Source of the DNA: Candidatus Binatia bacterium
GTDB lineage: Bacteria; Desulfobacterota; Binatia; HRBIN30
Reading direction: 5' to 3'
Assembly (NCBI GenBank): GCA_038245295.1
Contig: JBBRSP010000017.1
Span: 32,001-96,000, forward strand
Length of the DNA: 64,000 bases
Shown: positions 27,540-37,505 of the stretch, one piece after another
How positions within the stretch are numbered: position 1 is the stretch's first letter
Layout of the letters: each line of letters starts with the position of its first letter
The notes under the pieces: model-generated
Told to the model about the DNA's origin: nothing
The model's input: only the letters and a program-made list of their open reading frames with translations
Database searches by the model: none
Program-made: the position numbers and the translations under genes

Positions 27540-29219
27540 ATGTCATCGCTGTTGACCCTCATCGGCAAGGACTTGCGCTTGCTCGGGCGTGACCGAGCCG
27601 CGCTGGTGTTCATTCTGCTGGCGCCGCTGATCGTAATCTGTGTGGCGGGCTTGTCTCTGGCCAACCTCTATGGCGCCGACCCGACCGGGCAAACGGCCTA
27701 CGACTTGCCCCTGTTCGATGAGGACGGCAGTCGCCTATCGCAAGAGATTCGTGAACGCCTGGCGCAGGAGCCGGCGGTGCGTCTGCGCGACGTCGGCAGC
27801 CGCGCCGAAGCGCAAGAACTGGTGCGCGACAAACAGGCCGGCTCAGCGCTCATCATTCCGCGCGGCACGGCGGCAGCGTTGACCGCCGGCGCAGGCGCCA
27901 AGATCATCCTGTTCAACGATCCGGTGAAGTATCTGGAACGCATCAATCTGCGGACTCGGATTCTCGAACTGCGTGATGCGATCAGTACGGAGCAGGGCGC
28001 CGCTGTGCGACAGGGGGCCGCGGCGGAACGAGCCAAGGCCGAAGAGAAGATTGCCGCCTTCAAGGCGGTCGTGGTGAACCAGCGCGCCAAGCTCGAGGCG
28101 GCATGGAGTGAGGCGAGACGGATTCGTGCCGCGGTCTTGGAGGCAGCCCGACGTGATGCGGTGCAGGCGCGCGGCGAGGCGACTCGCGTGATCAAGAACG
28201 AGTGGCAGCAGCACTCGGCGCGTGTGCAGAAAGATGTTCAGAGCCAGGTCGAGCAACTGCGCCAGGAGTTTCGGGCGTATGTCGAAGCCTTGGCGACGGC
28301 GCGGCAGGGCTTTGAAGCATGGCTGGAAGATCTCAAGACGCGCGCCGGCAGCCATGCCAGCGACATCCCGCCGCCGCCGTCGTTTCCGGAGTTGCCTGTG
28401 TCGCTCAAGCAGATCGTTGACGGCAGTCGGGCTCCTGTGGAACTGCGCCTGCCGGAGGTAGAGCTTGCGTTGCCGACCCCCAGAATGCCTGATCTGCCGG
28501 CGCTGCCGGACCTGCCTGAAATTGAGCTTCCGGAGATCGTTTTGCCGCCATTGCCGCCGGCGCCGTCGAGTCTCGAGATCGAAGTGGTCAGTCTCGCCGG
28601 CGTCCCAACCTACATCAATACCTTCGATCAGAACGTGCCCGGGTTCGCCGTGACCTTCCTGATGCTCGGTATGTTGCTGGGCATCTCGCTCGGACTCCTG
28701 GATGAACGTGAGTGGGGCACCATGCAGCGCGTGCGCGCGTTGCCGGTAGGGCCGTCGCAGTTCCTGTTGGCCAAACTATTGACGCGCTTCCTGGTGGGTG
28801 TGGGGCAGATGATCGTGCTGCTGACGATCGGTTGGCTCGCCTTCGGTGTGTCGCTCGGACCACAACCTGTGGCGCTGCTGTTGCCGATCGTCGGGATCGC
28901 ATATGCCGGAACGGCCTTCGGCTTGATCGTCGCAGCCGTGGCAACGAGTCGCGAGGCGGTCTTCTCGGTCGGATCGGTGGTGATGGTGACAATGTCCGCC
29001 GTCGGCGGTTGCTGGTGGCCGATCGACCTGGAACCGCGTTGGATGCGCAGTGTCGCTCTGGCCTTTCCAACGACCTGGGCGATGGATGCCTTCAACGATC
29101 TCATGATCCGGCGGCGCACCATCGATGCGGCATATCTGCCGACGGCGGTCATGCTCGCCTACGGCAGCCTCTACCTGCTGATTGGTCTGATGATCTTTCG
29201 CCGCCGCGCCGAGGGATGA
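27540..29219 (+). CDS. ABC-2 permease with long coiled-coil and Pro-rich insertion
   Basis: KDLRLL.RD start, DEREWGT, GGCWWP, PTTWAM; helical insertion followed by LPxLP repeats. Confidence 0.85.
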   Translation: MSSLLTLIGKDLRLLGRDRAALVFILLAPLIVICVAGLSLANLYGADPTGQTAYDLPLFDEDGSRLSQEIRERLAQEPAVRLRDVGSRAEAQELVRDKQAGSALIIPRGTAAALTAGAGAKIILFNDPVKYLERINLRTRILELRDAISTEQGAAVRQGAAAERAKAEEKIAAFKAVVVNQRAKLEAAWSEARRIRAAVLEAARRDAVQARGEATRVIKNEWQQHSARVQKDVQSQVEQLRQEFRAYVEALATARQGFEAWLEDLKTRAGSHASDIPPPPSFPELPVSLKQIVDGSRAPVELRLPEVELALPTPRMPDLPALPDLPEIELPEIVLPPLPPAPSSLEIEVVSLAGVPTYINTFDQNVPGFAVTFLMLGMLLGISLGLLDEREWGTMQRVRALPVGPSQFLLAKLLTRFLVGVGQMIVLLTIGWLAFGVSLGPQPVALLLPIVGIAYAGTAFGLIVAAVATSREAVFSVGSVVMVTMSAVGGCWWPIDLEPRWMRSVALAFPTTWAMDAFNDLMIRRRTIDAAYLPTAVMLAYGSLYLLIGLMIFRRRAEG

Positions 29220-29448
29220 GTGGATCGATTGTGCGAGTCGCGGGTAGCCGCAGGCTTTAGAGGTTGGCGCAAAACTCGCTGAGCCGGCTTCGACAGGCTC
29301 ATGGTTCGACGAGCTCACCATGGGAGGGTGTTTGGTTGATTCCGAAGGCAGTTTTCCGCTCGCCCTGATCTAGTCGAAGGGTGAGCGTAGGTTTTGAGAT
29401 ACCCTCTTTTGCCTGCGCTGTAGGTCAATTGTGCGAGAAAGGGGGGGC

Positions 29449-29488
29449 CCCGGCGGCGAGAGAAGGGCGATCGTTACCCGCCGCCGGG
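29449..29488 (-). terminator. GC-rich hairpin after ompA
   Basis: CCCGGCGGCG...CGCCGCCGGG inverted repeat about 20 nt past the stop; weak U-tract. Confidence 0.35.
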
Positions 29489-29509
29489 TTGTGTGTAGAG
29501 GTGAGGCGG

Positions 29510-30517
29510 CTACTCTACTCGAAGCTCTACACGACGGTTCTGGGCGCGGCCGTCATCGGTATCGTTCGAGGCAACCGGCTTTGATTCGCCGAAACCTTCG
29601 GTCTTGATCCGATCAGCTGGCAGGCCGCGCTTTACGAGGTAATCACGAACCGCGCTAGCGCGGCGCTCGGAGAGTTTCTCATTGTACGAATCGGAGCCTT
29701 TGCTGTCGGTGTGGCCTTCGACGATTACCAGGACACCGCCTTCGGCTTTCAACGTCGCTGCCGCTTCGTCGAGAACGGGGGCAGCGTCTTTACGGATATT
29801 CGACTTGTCGAAATCAAAATGCACGCTGCGCAGCACCAGCTTCTTCTTGACGGGCGGCGCCGGGGCTGGGGCCGGAGCTTGTGCGACGACCGGAGCCGGA
29901 GCTGGACGCGGTGCTTCGGCCGGGCCGTTGAAGGCGTACTTCACACCGATACCAACCGTGGCCCACTGGGCGTCGGCCGGACCCTGGTCGTCTTGCGCCT
30001 GGTTGGACAAGGTTGTCGGGCGTGGCGACATGTAGGTTCGATTCCAGCGCCCGAAGACACCCAGGGCGACCTGAGGTGTGATGTTGAAGTCGATACCACC
30101 GCCAACGGAGAAGCCTGGCGCCGTGTGGTTCAAGCGTCCGCTGAGCCCGGTGAAGGCACCACCCTGACCGGTTGCATAAATGTCGACCATCTCACCAAGC
30201 GGCACGGAAAGGCGCGGACCAATGGTCCCGCCAAGCATGGTGGTGGTTTGGTTCTCGTGGCTGAAGCCGCGGTGATCGTTGTCCGGCAGCTGCCCCGTAA
30301 AGTGCAGTTGGCCTTGCAGGCCGAGGTAGTCGTTGAACATGTAACCCACATAAGGGTTGGCGGTCGCTCCCTCATGGACGTGGGCGCGGTAGTTCTTATT
30401 GGTCGGCAGCGACGCACCGAGGTCGATACCAACGAAAGCACCATCCGCGTGAACGGTGGTGGCGGCCCAGAGCAGCAGCGGCGGAGTTACCAGCAGGAAG
30501 CGTTTACGCAGGTTCAT
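29510..30517 (-). CDS. OmpA-family outer-membrane protein
   Basis: Signal peptide, beta-barrel, PAPAP linker, VHFDFDKS, EGHTDS, LSERRA, NRRVEL. Confidence 0.93.
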   Translation of the reverse strand: MNLRKRFLLVTPPLLLWAATTVHADGAFVGIDLGASLPTNKNYRAHVHEGATANPYVGYMFNDYLGLQGQLHFTGQLPDNDHRGFSHENQTTTMLGGTIGPRLSVPLGEMVDIYATGQGGAFTGLSGRLNHTAPGFSVGGGIDFNITPQVALGVFGRWNRTYMSPRPTTLSNQAQDDQGPADAQWATVGIGVKYAFNGPAEAPRPAPAPVVAQAPAPAPAPPVKKKLVLRSVHFDFDKSNIRKDAAPVLDEAAATLKAEGGVLVIVEGHTDSKGSDSYNEKLSERRASAVRDYLVKRGLPADRIKTEGFGESKPVASNDTDDGRAQNRRVELRVE

Positions 30518-30592
30518 TGTCATATCCTCTTTTCCGTTCATGGTGGCCCGGGCACTGGCGATCGGTTGATCGGTGAGCTGACCACGAGTCCT

Positions 30593-30649
30593 GTTATAGG
30601 TTGTCGGCCCTGCTCCATAAGCTCGGAGTACTACGCGCGTGGTTCTACG
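30593..30649 (-). promoter_or_regulatory. Regulon motif copy 9 plus -10 TATAAC
   Basis: Minus strand CGTAGAACCACGCG-CGTAGTACTCCGAGC-TTATGG-N16-TATAAC; nearly identical to copy 8. Confidence 0.8.
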
Positions 30650-30716
30650 TGCCGGGTTGGGTCGACGCAGGGCGTTTTGGGTAGGGTGAGACGTGTGTTG
30701 GGGCGACGCGTGTCGA

Positions 30717-31535
30717 TCAGCGGCCGGTGAGCTCGCGGCGTAGGCTGCGGGTCATCAGCCGCTCGTACAAAGCGGGTGCAAGGCGACTGAGCCACATGGT
30801 CGTCTTGCCGACCGCCGTGAGCACAACGAGATCGCGGCCGCGGCTTGCCGCGTCGAACACCGCGTCGGCCACACTGGCCGGCTCTGCCAGGCTGCCGACG
30901 GTCGACTGCGGGTGTCGCGTGACGCTGCCGTCGCCATCGAGCGCCGAAGTGCTGAGGCCGGTGCGGGTGAATCCGGGACAAACCAGCAGGACATCGACGC
31001 CCGTGTCGCGCAACTCGCCGCGCAGCGAACCGAACAGGCCCATACACGCGTGTTTACTGGCGGCATAGCCGGTGCGCCCATACAGGGGTGCGATGCCCGC
31101 GATGGAGCTGACGGTGACGATCAGGCCACGGCGCCGAGCCAGGCTCGGCAGGGCGGCCTTGGTGCAGTAGAGGGGACCAAAGAAGTTGACGTTCATCACC
31201 TTGCGGTAGACGGCGGTCGCGGTGTCGACGAAGGCGCTGCGGTGGGTGATGCCGGCGTTGTTGATCAGTACGTCGATGTCGCCGAAGCGTGCGACAATTC
31301 CAGCCATAACGCCGACGCACTGCGATTCGTCGGTGATGTCGCACGGTAGCGCCAAATAGGGGACGCCGAGTTGGCGCAGCTCAGCGGCGACGGGCTCGAG
31401 CCGGTCCTCGCTGAGGTCCAAGAGTGCGACGTTGGCGCCGGCCTGGGCGAAGCGTCGACAGAGCGCCGAACCGATGCCGCCGGCGGCGCCGGTGACGACG
31501 ACAGTGCTGCCGGCAAAGGTACGTCGGCGGCCCAT
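30717..31535 (-). CDS. Classical SDR oxidoreductase
   Basis: TGAAGGIG, NNAG, SS, YAASK. Confidence 0.93.
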   Translation of the reverse strand: MGRRRTFAGSTVVVTGAAGGIGSALCRRFAQAGANVALLDLSEDRLEPVAAELRQLGVPYLALPCDITDESQCVGVMAGIVARFGDIDVLINNAGITHRSAFVDTATAVYRKVMNVNFFGPLYCTKAALPSLARRRGLIVTVSSIAGIAPLYGRTGYAASKHACMGLFGSLRGELRDTGVDVLLVCPGFTRTGLSTSALDGDGSVTRHPQSTVGSLAEPASVADAVFDAASRGRDLVVLTAVGKTTMWLSRLAPALYERLMTRSLRRELTGR

Positions 31536-32503
31536 CAGCGATGCGCCTCCACGTACGTGTCAAACACCTCCGACGTCGTCTTACGTGGCACGAAGCCGAA
31601 CTCTTCCTTGAGGCGTCGGTTGGCGAGGACAGGGCGATATCGCAAGAAGCCAACCTGTTCCGGGCCATACCGCGTCAGGTGTAGCCGTTTGAGCAGTCCG
31701 AGCACGGCGATGACGATCGCCGGAGGCAAGGAGACGTACGGCTTGCACAAACGCTCGGCCATCTCGCGCAGCGTGATGGCCCCGTCGGCGGCCAAATTGA
31801 AGATACCGCGGCCGCCGACATGGATGCCGCGCAGGATGGCGGCGACCACATCCTGATCCCAAATGAGGACGAATGGTGTCGTGGCGCCGCCGATTCCAAG
31901 CACGTACGGATGATTGAACATGGCGGTGATCTGGTTGTCGGCGCGCGCCCCGAGGATGGTGCCGGGGCGGAATACAAGTTGCTCGAGCTCGGGATGGTTC
32001 TTGCGCCACTCGGCGAGCACTTCTTCGACCAGGCGTTTGTGATCGGAGTAGGCAAACTCGGGGTTGCCACGTAGCTCGTCGCTCTCATCGAGGCACTCGG
32101 GATTGTCGGCGTAATAACCATAGGCGGCACCGCTACTCGTATAGACCAGCTTTCTTACATGCGCGGCGAGGCAGGCGCGCAGCACGTTGCCGGTGCCGAT
32201 TACATCGACTTTGTACTCGTGATCGCGGCCCATGTTCGGATCAGGTGTGACGATGGCCGCCAGGTGAACGACGAGATCGACAGCGTAGTGGCCGAACAAG
32301 GCCGCGAGATCGTCTTCGCAGATGTCGGCGACGACATATTCGACGCCGCTTAGACGCTGCGCCGCCGGCACGGGTCGGATGTCGGCGGCGACGATTGTCT
32401 TGACGGCACGGCGATCGCCCGCCAGTGCCTCGATGAGTTGGCGGCCGATGTAGCCGCCGGCACCGGTGACAAGGACGGAATGATACGGGTCTTCGACAGC
32501 CAT
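31535..32503 (-). CDS. Extended SDR (NAD-dependent epimerase/dehydratase)
   Basis: TGAGGYIG, HLAA, TSS, YSDHK. Confidence 0.9.
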   Translation of the reverse strand: MAVEDPYHSVLVTGAGGYIGRQLIEALAGDRRAVKTIVAADIRPVPAAQRLSGVEYVVADICEDDLAALFGHYAVDLVVHLAAIVTPDPNMGRDHEYKVDVIGTGNVLRACLAAHVRKLVYTSSGAAYGYYADNPECLDESDELRGNPEFAYSDHKRLVEEVLAEWRKNHPELEQLVFRPGTILGARADNQITAMFNHPYVLGIGGATTPFVLIWDQDVVAAILRGIHVGGRGIFNLAADGAITLREMAERLCKPYVSLPPAIVIAVLGLLKRLHLTRYGPEQVGFLRYRPVLANRRLKEEFGFVPRKTTSEVFDTYVEAHR

Positions 32504-32521
32504 CGTCGGGCTCCTTTTCTA

Positions 32522-34273
32522 TTACTCGCCGGCCGGCTCCTGATGCATGTCCTTGAACGACTGCAGTCCTGGCGCAAACAGATGCGCTGTTGGCTCGACG
32601 TCGACGTGAATGACGCTGCACCGCTTCTCCGCCAGGCAACGCCGCAGCGCTGGTTCGAGCTCGTCCGGGTCAGACACCCGTTCGCCATACGCGCCCATCG
32701 AGTCGGCGAGGCGATCCCAGGCGATCTCTCCCAGATCGGTGTTGATCGTGCGGCTGCGATCCGGCCCGAGAGCGTGCTCGAACATGTCCTTGAAGGGCTC
32801 CAAGGCAAACATCTGATTGATCTTCACCATGCCCCACTGACGATCGACGCAAACCAGGAAGATCACCGGCAGGTTGTGGCGTACGGCAGTCTCGATCTCC
32901 TGCATATGGAAGCCCATCGCCCCATCGCCGATCAGGCAGTAGACCTGAGTGCCTGGCCGAGCGACGGCGGCGCCGAGAGCTTGACCAATACCGGCGCCAA
33001 GATGGCCGAAGTGAGATGTTGAGAGCTGGGTGTTGGGTCGGCGCAGCTCGGTGAAAGACTGGCCCCAGACGGCGGTGTTGCCGCCGTCGAAGACTACGAC
33101 GGCGTCGTCGGCGAAGACGCTGCGGCAGATCGTCGGCACGTGCCCGGTGATCATCGGTGCCGTGCGGTTGTCGAGGGCGGCATTGAGCTCGAGGCGGTGT
33201 GCCGCCTTGAGAATTGCGAGTTGCTCAACCAGCGCCCGGCGTGCGGCGGGCGCCGGCGAACCGCCGCGCAGCTTGGCGGCGAGTGCGGCGAGGAAGGTCC
33301 GCGCGTCGCTGACGATGGCGAGGTCGACTGGGCGGTTGTGGCCGAGTTGCTGTTCGTCGACGTCGACCTGGATCCATTGTTGTTTGCTGGGCGGTGCCCA
33401 GTATGGGACCTTACCCCACCAGTCGGTTTCACCAACCTCGCAGCCGAGGCAGAGGACCACGTCGGCCTCGTTGTGCAGGCGGGTGCAGGCATCCATGTGC
33501 ACCATCGGCCAGGCCAAGGCGGAAGTCTCGGCAATGGCGCCGCGGGCACTCCATGAGGTGGTTACGGGTGCGCCCAGCAACTCGGCGACCTCCAACAGTT
33601 CGGCGGAAGCGGTGGCGTGTAGAATACCGCCGCCGGCGTGCAAAATCGGCAGGCGTGCCTTGGTGAGCATCGTCGCCGCGGCGTCGACCAGGGTGGCACT
33701 GGGTGCCGGTGGTTCGAGGCAACGGTATTGGTGCGGGTCGAGCAGCGGCGCCGTCGCGCATCGGCTGTTGATGATGTCTTCCGGAATGTCCAAGTGCACA
33801 ACCCCTGGTCGGCCGATGAAGGAGACGCGCAAGGCTTCACGTAGCAACTCGGGCAGACGGTCAACCGACGGCACGGCGCGCGACCACTTGCTGATGGCAC
33901 CGACGGCACGCACCTGGTCGAAAGATTGATAGCCGCCGCCGCGATCCGGGTAGACGATGCCGTGACGTCGACAGCTGGTGAGCAAGAGGACACGGTTGCC
34001 TTCGCCATTCTCGACGGCGATACCGGAGAGCATGTTGGCGACACCCGGGCCGTTGCTGGCGATGCAGACGCCGAGTTTGCCCGTCAGCCGCGCGTAGGCG
34101 CCGGCCATGTGGGCGGCCACGGATTCGTGCCGCGGCGAGATCATCTTCATGCCGAGCTCGACACAGTGAGCGAACAGCTGCAGATAGGTCCCGTCGATGA
34201 TGCCGAAGAAGTTCTCGACTCCTTCGCGCTGCAGCATCGCCGCGATGATGGCTCCACCGGTCGTCTCCGCCAT
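32522..34273 (-). CDS. ThDP-dependent enzyme (acetolactate synthase/lyase superfamily)
   Basis: RHE catalytic Glu, GPGVAN, PGVVHLDIP, GDGA motif. Confidence 0.9.
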   Translation of the reverse strand: MAETTGGAIIAAMLQREGVENFFGIIDGTYLQLFAHCVELGMKMISPRHESVAAHMAGAYARLTGKLGVCIASNGPGVANMLSGIAVENGEGNRVLLLTSCRRHGIVYPDRGGGYQSFDQVRAVGAISKWSRAVPSVDRLPELLREALRVSFIGRPGVVHLDIPEDIINSRCATAPLLDPHQYRCLEPPAPSATLVDAAATMLTKARLPILHAGGGILHATASAELLEVAELLGAPVTTSWSARGAIAETSALAWPMVHMDACTRLHNEADVVLCLGCEVGETDWWGKVPYWAPPSKQQWIQVDVDEQQLGHNRPVDLAIVSDARTFLAALAAKLRGGSPAPAARRALVEQLAILKAAHRLELNAALDNRTAPMITGHVPTICRSVFADDAVVVFDGGNTAVWGQSFTELRRPNTQLSTSHFGHLGAGIGQALGAAVARPGTQVYCLIGDGAMGFHMQEIETAVRHNLPVIFLVCVDRQWGMVKINQMFALEPFKDMFEHALGPDRSRTINTDLGEIAWDRLADSMGAYGERVSDPDELEPALRRCLAEKRCSVIHVDVEPTAHLFAPGLQSFKDMHQEPAGE

Positions 34274-34550
34274 GCGATAGTCTCCTCGCCAGGAAGCTTA
34301 TGCAGCGACCACGCCAGACGAAGTGGACTCCTAGGACTTCATCTGCACCGCCGGCGGATTCTCAGATGTAAGAAGGCGGGGAGGGCGATTCCTGGATGAG
34401 CGGTTTCGAGATGGCCCGACCTCGCACACCGCCACCCCTCGTGTCGCCATCGCCCACTACGCGCCATAGGCGGTCTCCACTCTTGGCGCATGCGGATGTT
34501 CATTGGACCAGGCGTTGTGCGTCGGCCCCGGAGTTGGTGTAGAGGAGGCT

Positions 34551-35033
34551 ATGATTAGCGTTGAGGACTTGACCGTCATCCTGCCGCGCGTCTTGAGCGC
34601 ACTGTTCGTTGGTGTGGCGCTCGGACTCAATCGGGATCTGCACAACAAGTCGGCTGGCGTCCGCACCCACGCGCTCGTCACGTTGGGCGCGGCGTTCGCC
34701 GTTCTGGCGCTCGTCGACCCGCATGCTGCTTCCGGGTATCCCGTTCCCGATTCCATCAGCCGCGTCGTGCAAGGCGTCGTCACCGGAGTTGGGTTCCTTG
34801 GTGCGGGAGTCATCCTGCGTGACCCGGAAGGACACGTCTATGGACTGACCACAGCCGCAACGATCTGGGTGGCGGCGACGCTCGGGATGCTGTGCGGCCT
34901 TGGCCACTGGCCTCTGGTCGCCAGTGGAACCGTGCTCGTGTTACTCGTGCTCATCCTGGGGGGGCCCTTCGAGCATTGGGTCGAGCGGATCATCAAGGGG
35001 AAGAAGAAGCCGCACCCCGTCGCACCGCGTTGA
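34551..35033 (+). CDS. MgtC/SapB-family membrane protein
   Basis: AGVRTHALV, GVGFLGAGVI, GLTTAATIW; GAGG RBS. Confidence 0.92.
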   Translation: MISVEDLTVILPRVLSALFVGVALGLNRDLHNKSAGVRTHALVTLGAAFAVLALVDPHAASGYPVPDSISRVVQGVVTGVGFLGAGVILRDPEGHVYGLTTAATIWVAATLGMLCGLGHWPLVASGTVLVLLVLILGGPFEHWVERIIKGKKKPHPVAPR

Positions 35034-35081
35034 GCGGTCCCCCCCGCGCCAAGGCGCGAGAGGGAGACAACTCTCTACCGT

Positions 35082-37505
35082 CTACTGCACGTTACGCTGC
35101 AGGAACGCCGCCAGCGGTGCGATGACGTTGTTGTTGGCATCGTCCTGTGAAGCCAGCACGTCGACGTGCGCGAAGCCTTCACTCATGTAGACCTCGTAGC
35201 CGCCGGCGATGCCGCCGAAGGTGGGGAAGGCGGCGCTCGGCATGCTGGTGTTGACGACGCGTGGCGTTGAGCCGTCGCAGCTCGGCGCCGTGCAGATCCC
35301 GATGGTGGTGCCGAACGGCACGTAGCCGCCAGGCACCGGCACCAAGCCGTTGCTGCCGCCGAATGCGATCACCGGCACGTTGATGTTGGCCGACTGCGTC
35401 AGGTTCTCGATATCGCGGCGGCCGCGACCGATCGACAAGGCGGACGAATCGAGACCGATCGATTGCGAACACGAACTATCCGCGGCGGCCTGGGTGGCGC
35501 CGCTGCAAACTGCTCCGACATTGCCGACGGTGCAGGTTCCAGGATTCGCCGAGCACTTACCGGCCACCGAAGTAACGCTCGGTCCGGCCGTCGGATAGTA
35601 CCAGTCGACGAAGTTCGTCTTGCCTTCGTAGAACGTCGGCAGCAGGCGCGCGAAGCTGGTCACTTCCTTCTCTTGTCCCCAGACGTTGCCGGGCAGCGTG
35701 GTGGGCGGAGCGCCGTTGAACGGCGTGACGCAGCCGATGCCTGGGCAAGGCGGGAACGAGGCGCTCTCGGTGATGTCGAGCCATGTGGTCAAGCCACTGA
35801 CGATCGGGCCCGGTGATCCGACCGACGTCGAGATGAACGTCGCAAACGAGGCGATTAAACCGTCGTCATCAATGAAGCTGCCGATGCCGCCGAGCACCGT
35901 TGCCTGCGGCAGGGCACTGAGGCTGCCCAGGTCGGGAACGGCCTGGATCGGCGTCGAACCACCAAACAGTTGCTGTAGGATGATCTGCCCGCTGTCCGGA
36001 TCGCCGATCCCCTGAATCGCCGCCGGCTCAACCGCGGCCAGCAAACGCGGGTTCAAAAGGCCGCGCGCATAGGCCGTCGTCGGCGGCGTGCACTTCGCCG
36101 GTGTCTTGCCGGCGCAATCGGCGTCGCTCTGGCAATCCGTGCCGTCGACGCACTTGGCGAAATTCTCACGCACAGCGGCATACAGGCCGCCGTCGAATTT
36201 GGCGATCATACGATCGAGCGAGTCGCTCGTGAGTGGTGTGCCACTGTTGGAGCCACCGCCACCTTCGAGCAAGACAAGACCGCGCACCTTGGCGTAGCCG
36301 GGATTCACCGGGCCGATTCCGGTCAGATCGAAATCGGTGGAAGCGTAGCGTGCCGCGAAGCCGGTGCCGGCCGAGTGGCCACCTAGGAAGACGTTGTTGT
36401 GCAACGCCTGGCCGCGGGCCTTGGTAACGACGGCGTCGACGTCGCGCGAGAAGACGAGATTGGTCCAGTTGGCCATGAACGCCGTGTCGGCCTGGGCATC
36501 GTAGAACACGGCGCGCCGCTTCAGCTCCGGCGACAGCGGACTGAGGTTCAGCTCGGCGCCGAACAACCAGTCGAGTCCAAGCAGCGGGTCCTGATCGATC
36601 TCGGCGACATCGAGCCCGTAGCTGTCCTCGAGTTGATTGGTGCGGCGATCGATGGCCCACACTTCGATCTGACGGCTGTAGTCGTTTCGCATGCGGGTGA
36701 TCAGATTGTCGGCGAGGATCTTAAATCCGCTGGCGCCGCCTTCGAAGCCGGGGACAACCACGAGAATCGCGTCCGGGGTGCCGCGTAGGCGGGTGTAGCG
36801 GTAGCGCGTGTAGCGCGCGTTATTGAGGCTGAACTTCTTGCCGAACTGTGTTTGCAGCAAGGGGTTGGTGACCACGACCCCCGGGCTGCCGGGTGAGTTC
36901 GCCGGCTGTGCCGCGCTGGGGATGTCGAATGTCGCACCGGCGACCGTGCCGATGCCACCGGAGCAGGCGCCGGAGTCGCTCGCATCGATCAGCAGATCGG
37001 CGTTCGAGTCGGAGGCATCGAGGCAAAAGAAGGAGCTCGCACACTGTGTTTGCGTGAACTTCCCGGCCGATCCGACACACGTGAGGGCCGGTTTAATCGC
37101 GCAGGTCACCTTGCCGGTGGCGGCGACCTTCTTGACGCAGGCCACCTTGTCGCCCTTCGGCGTCGTCTTGAACCCGCAGGTCGATTGCGCCGCAACCTTG
37201 CTCAAGAAGCCCTGACACTGGGTGCGTAGTTTGCCGCCGGCGACGGCGATCTTCACCACGTCCTTGGCGCACTTCGTGTACTTGCCGTGTGTGGCTGCGG
37301 AGCTCAGGCCATCGAACGAGGCGCAGTCGCACATGACGTCGATGACATTGCGCAGCGAGTTGATCTGCGTCGTGTCGGTCGCCAAAGAAGCCCCGGCGAG
37401 GCACTTGTCGGCCGGCACCGCGTGCGCGGTAACAACTAGAAGTGGCAGCACGGCGAGCGCCAGGGCTGGGGTGCGGAACCGCAGGGAAAATAGACGTCGA
37501 ATCAC
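35082..37505 (-). CDS. Large secreted Cys-rich alpha/beta-hydrolase-like protein
   Basis: GGAGGA plus GTG 37505; signal peptide ending AHA; VVPGFEGG, WAIDRR, LGGHSAG, C-terminal GFAHVD. Confidence 0.75.
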   Translation of the reverse strand: MIRRLFSLRFRTPALALAVLPLLVVTAHAVPADKCLAGASLATDTTQINSLRNVIDVMCDCASFDGLSSAATHGKYTKCAKDVVKIAVAGGKLRTQCQGFLSKVAAQSTCGFKTTPKGDKVACVKKVAATGKVTCAIKPALTCVGSAGKFTQTQCASSFFCLDASDSNADLLIDASDSGACSGGIGTVAGATFDIPSAAQPANSPGSPGVVVTNPLLQTQFGKKFSLNNARYTRYRYTRLRGTPDAILVVVPGFEGGASGFKILADNLITRMRNDYSRQIEVWAIDRRTNQLEDSYGLDVAEIDQDPLLGLDWLFGAELNLSPLSPELKRRAVFYDAQADTAFMANWTNLVFSRDVDAVVTKARGQALHNNVFLGGHSAGTGFAARYASTDFDLTGIGPVNPGYAKVRGLVLLEGGGGSNSGTPLTSDSLDRMIAKFDGGLYAAVRENFAKCVDGTDCQSDADCAGKTPAKCTPPTTAYARGLLNPRLLAAVEPAAIQGIGDPDSGQIILQQLFGGSTPIQAVPDLGSLSALPQATVLGGIGSFIDDDGLIASFATFISTSVGSPGPIVSGLTTWLDITESASFPPCPGIGCVTPFNGAPPTTLPGNVWGQEKEVTSFARLLPTFYEGKTNFVDWYYPTAGPSVTSVAGKCSANPGTCTVGNVGAVCSGATQAAADSSCSQSIGLDSSALSIGRGRRDIENLTQSANINVPVIAFGGSNGLVPVPGGYVPFGTTIGICTAPSCDGSTPRVVNTSMPSAAFPTFGGIAGGYEVYMSEGFAHVDVLASQDDANNNVIAPLAAFLQRNVQ

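Noticed and set aside
1..31000. Stress region as a mobile genomic island
   Set aside because: No integrase, tRNA, att repeats or obvious compositional shift is visible, and it carries the same REP/MITE families as the rest; the left edge lies outside the window.
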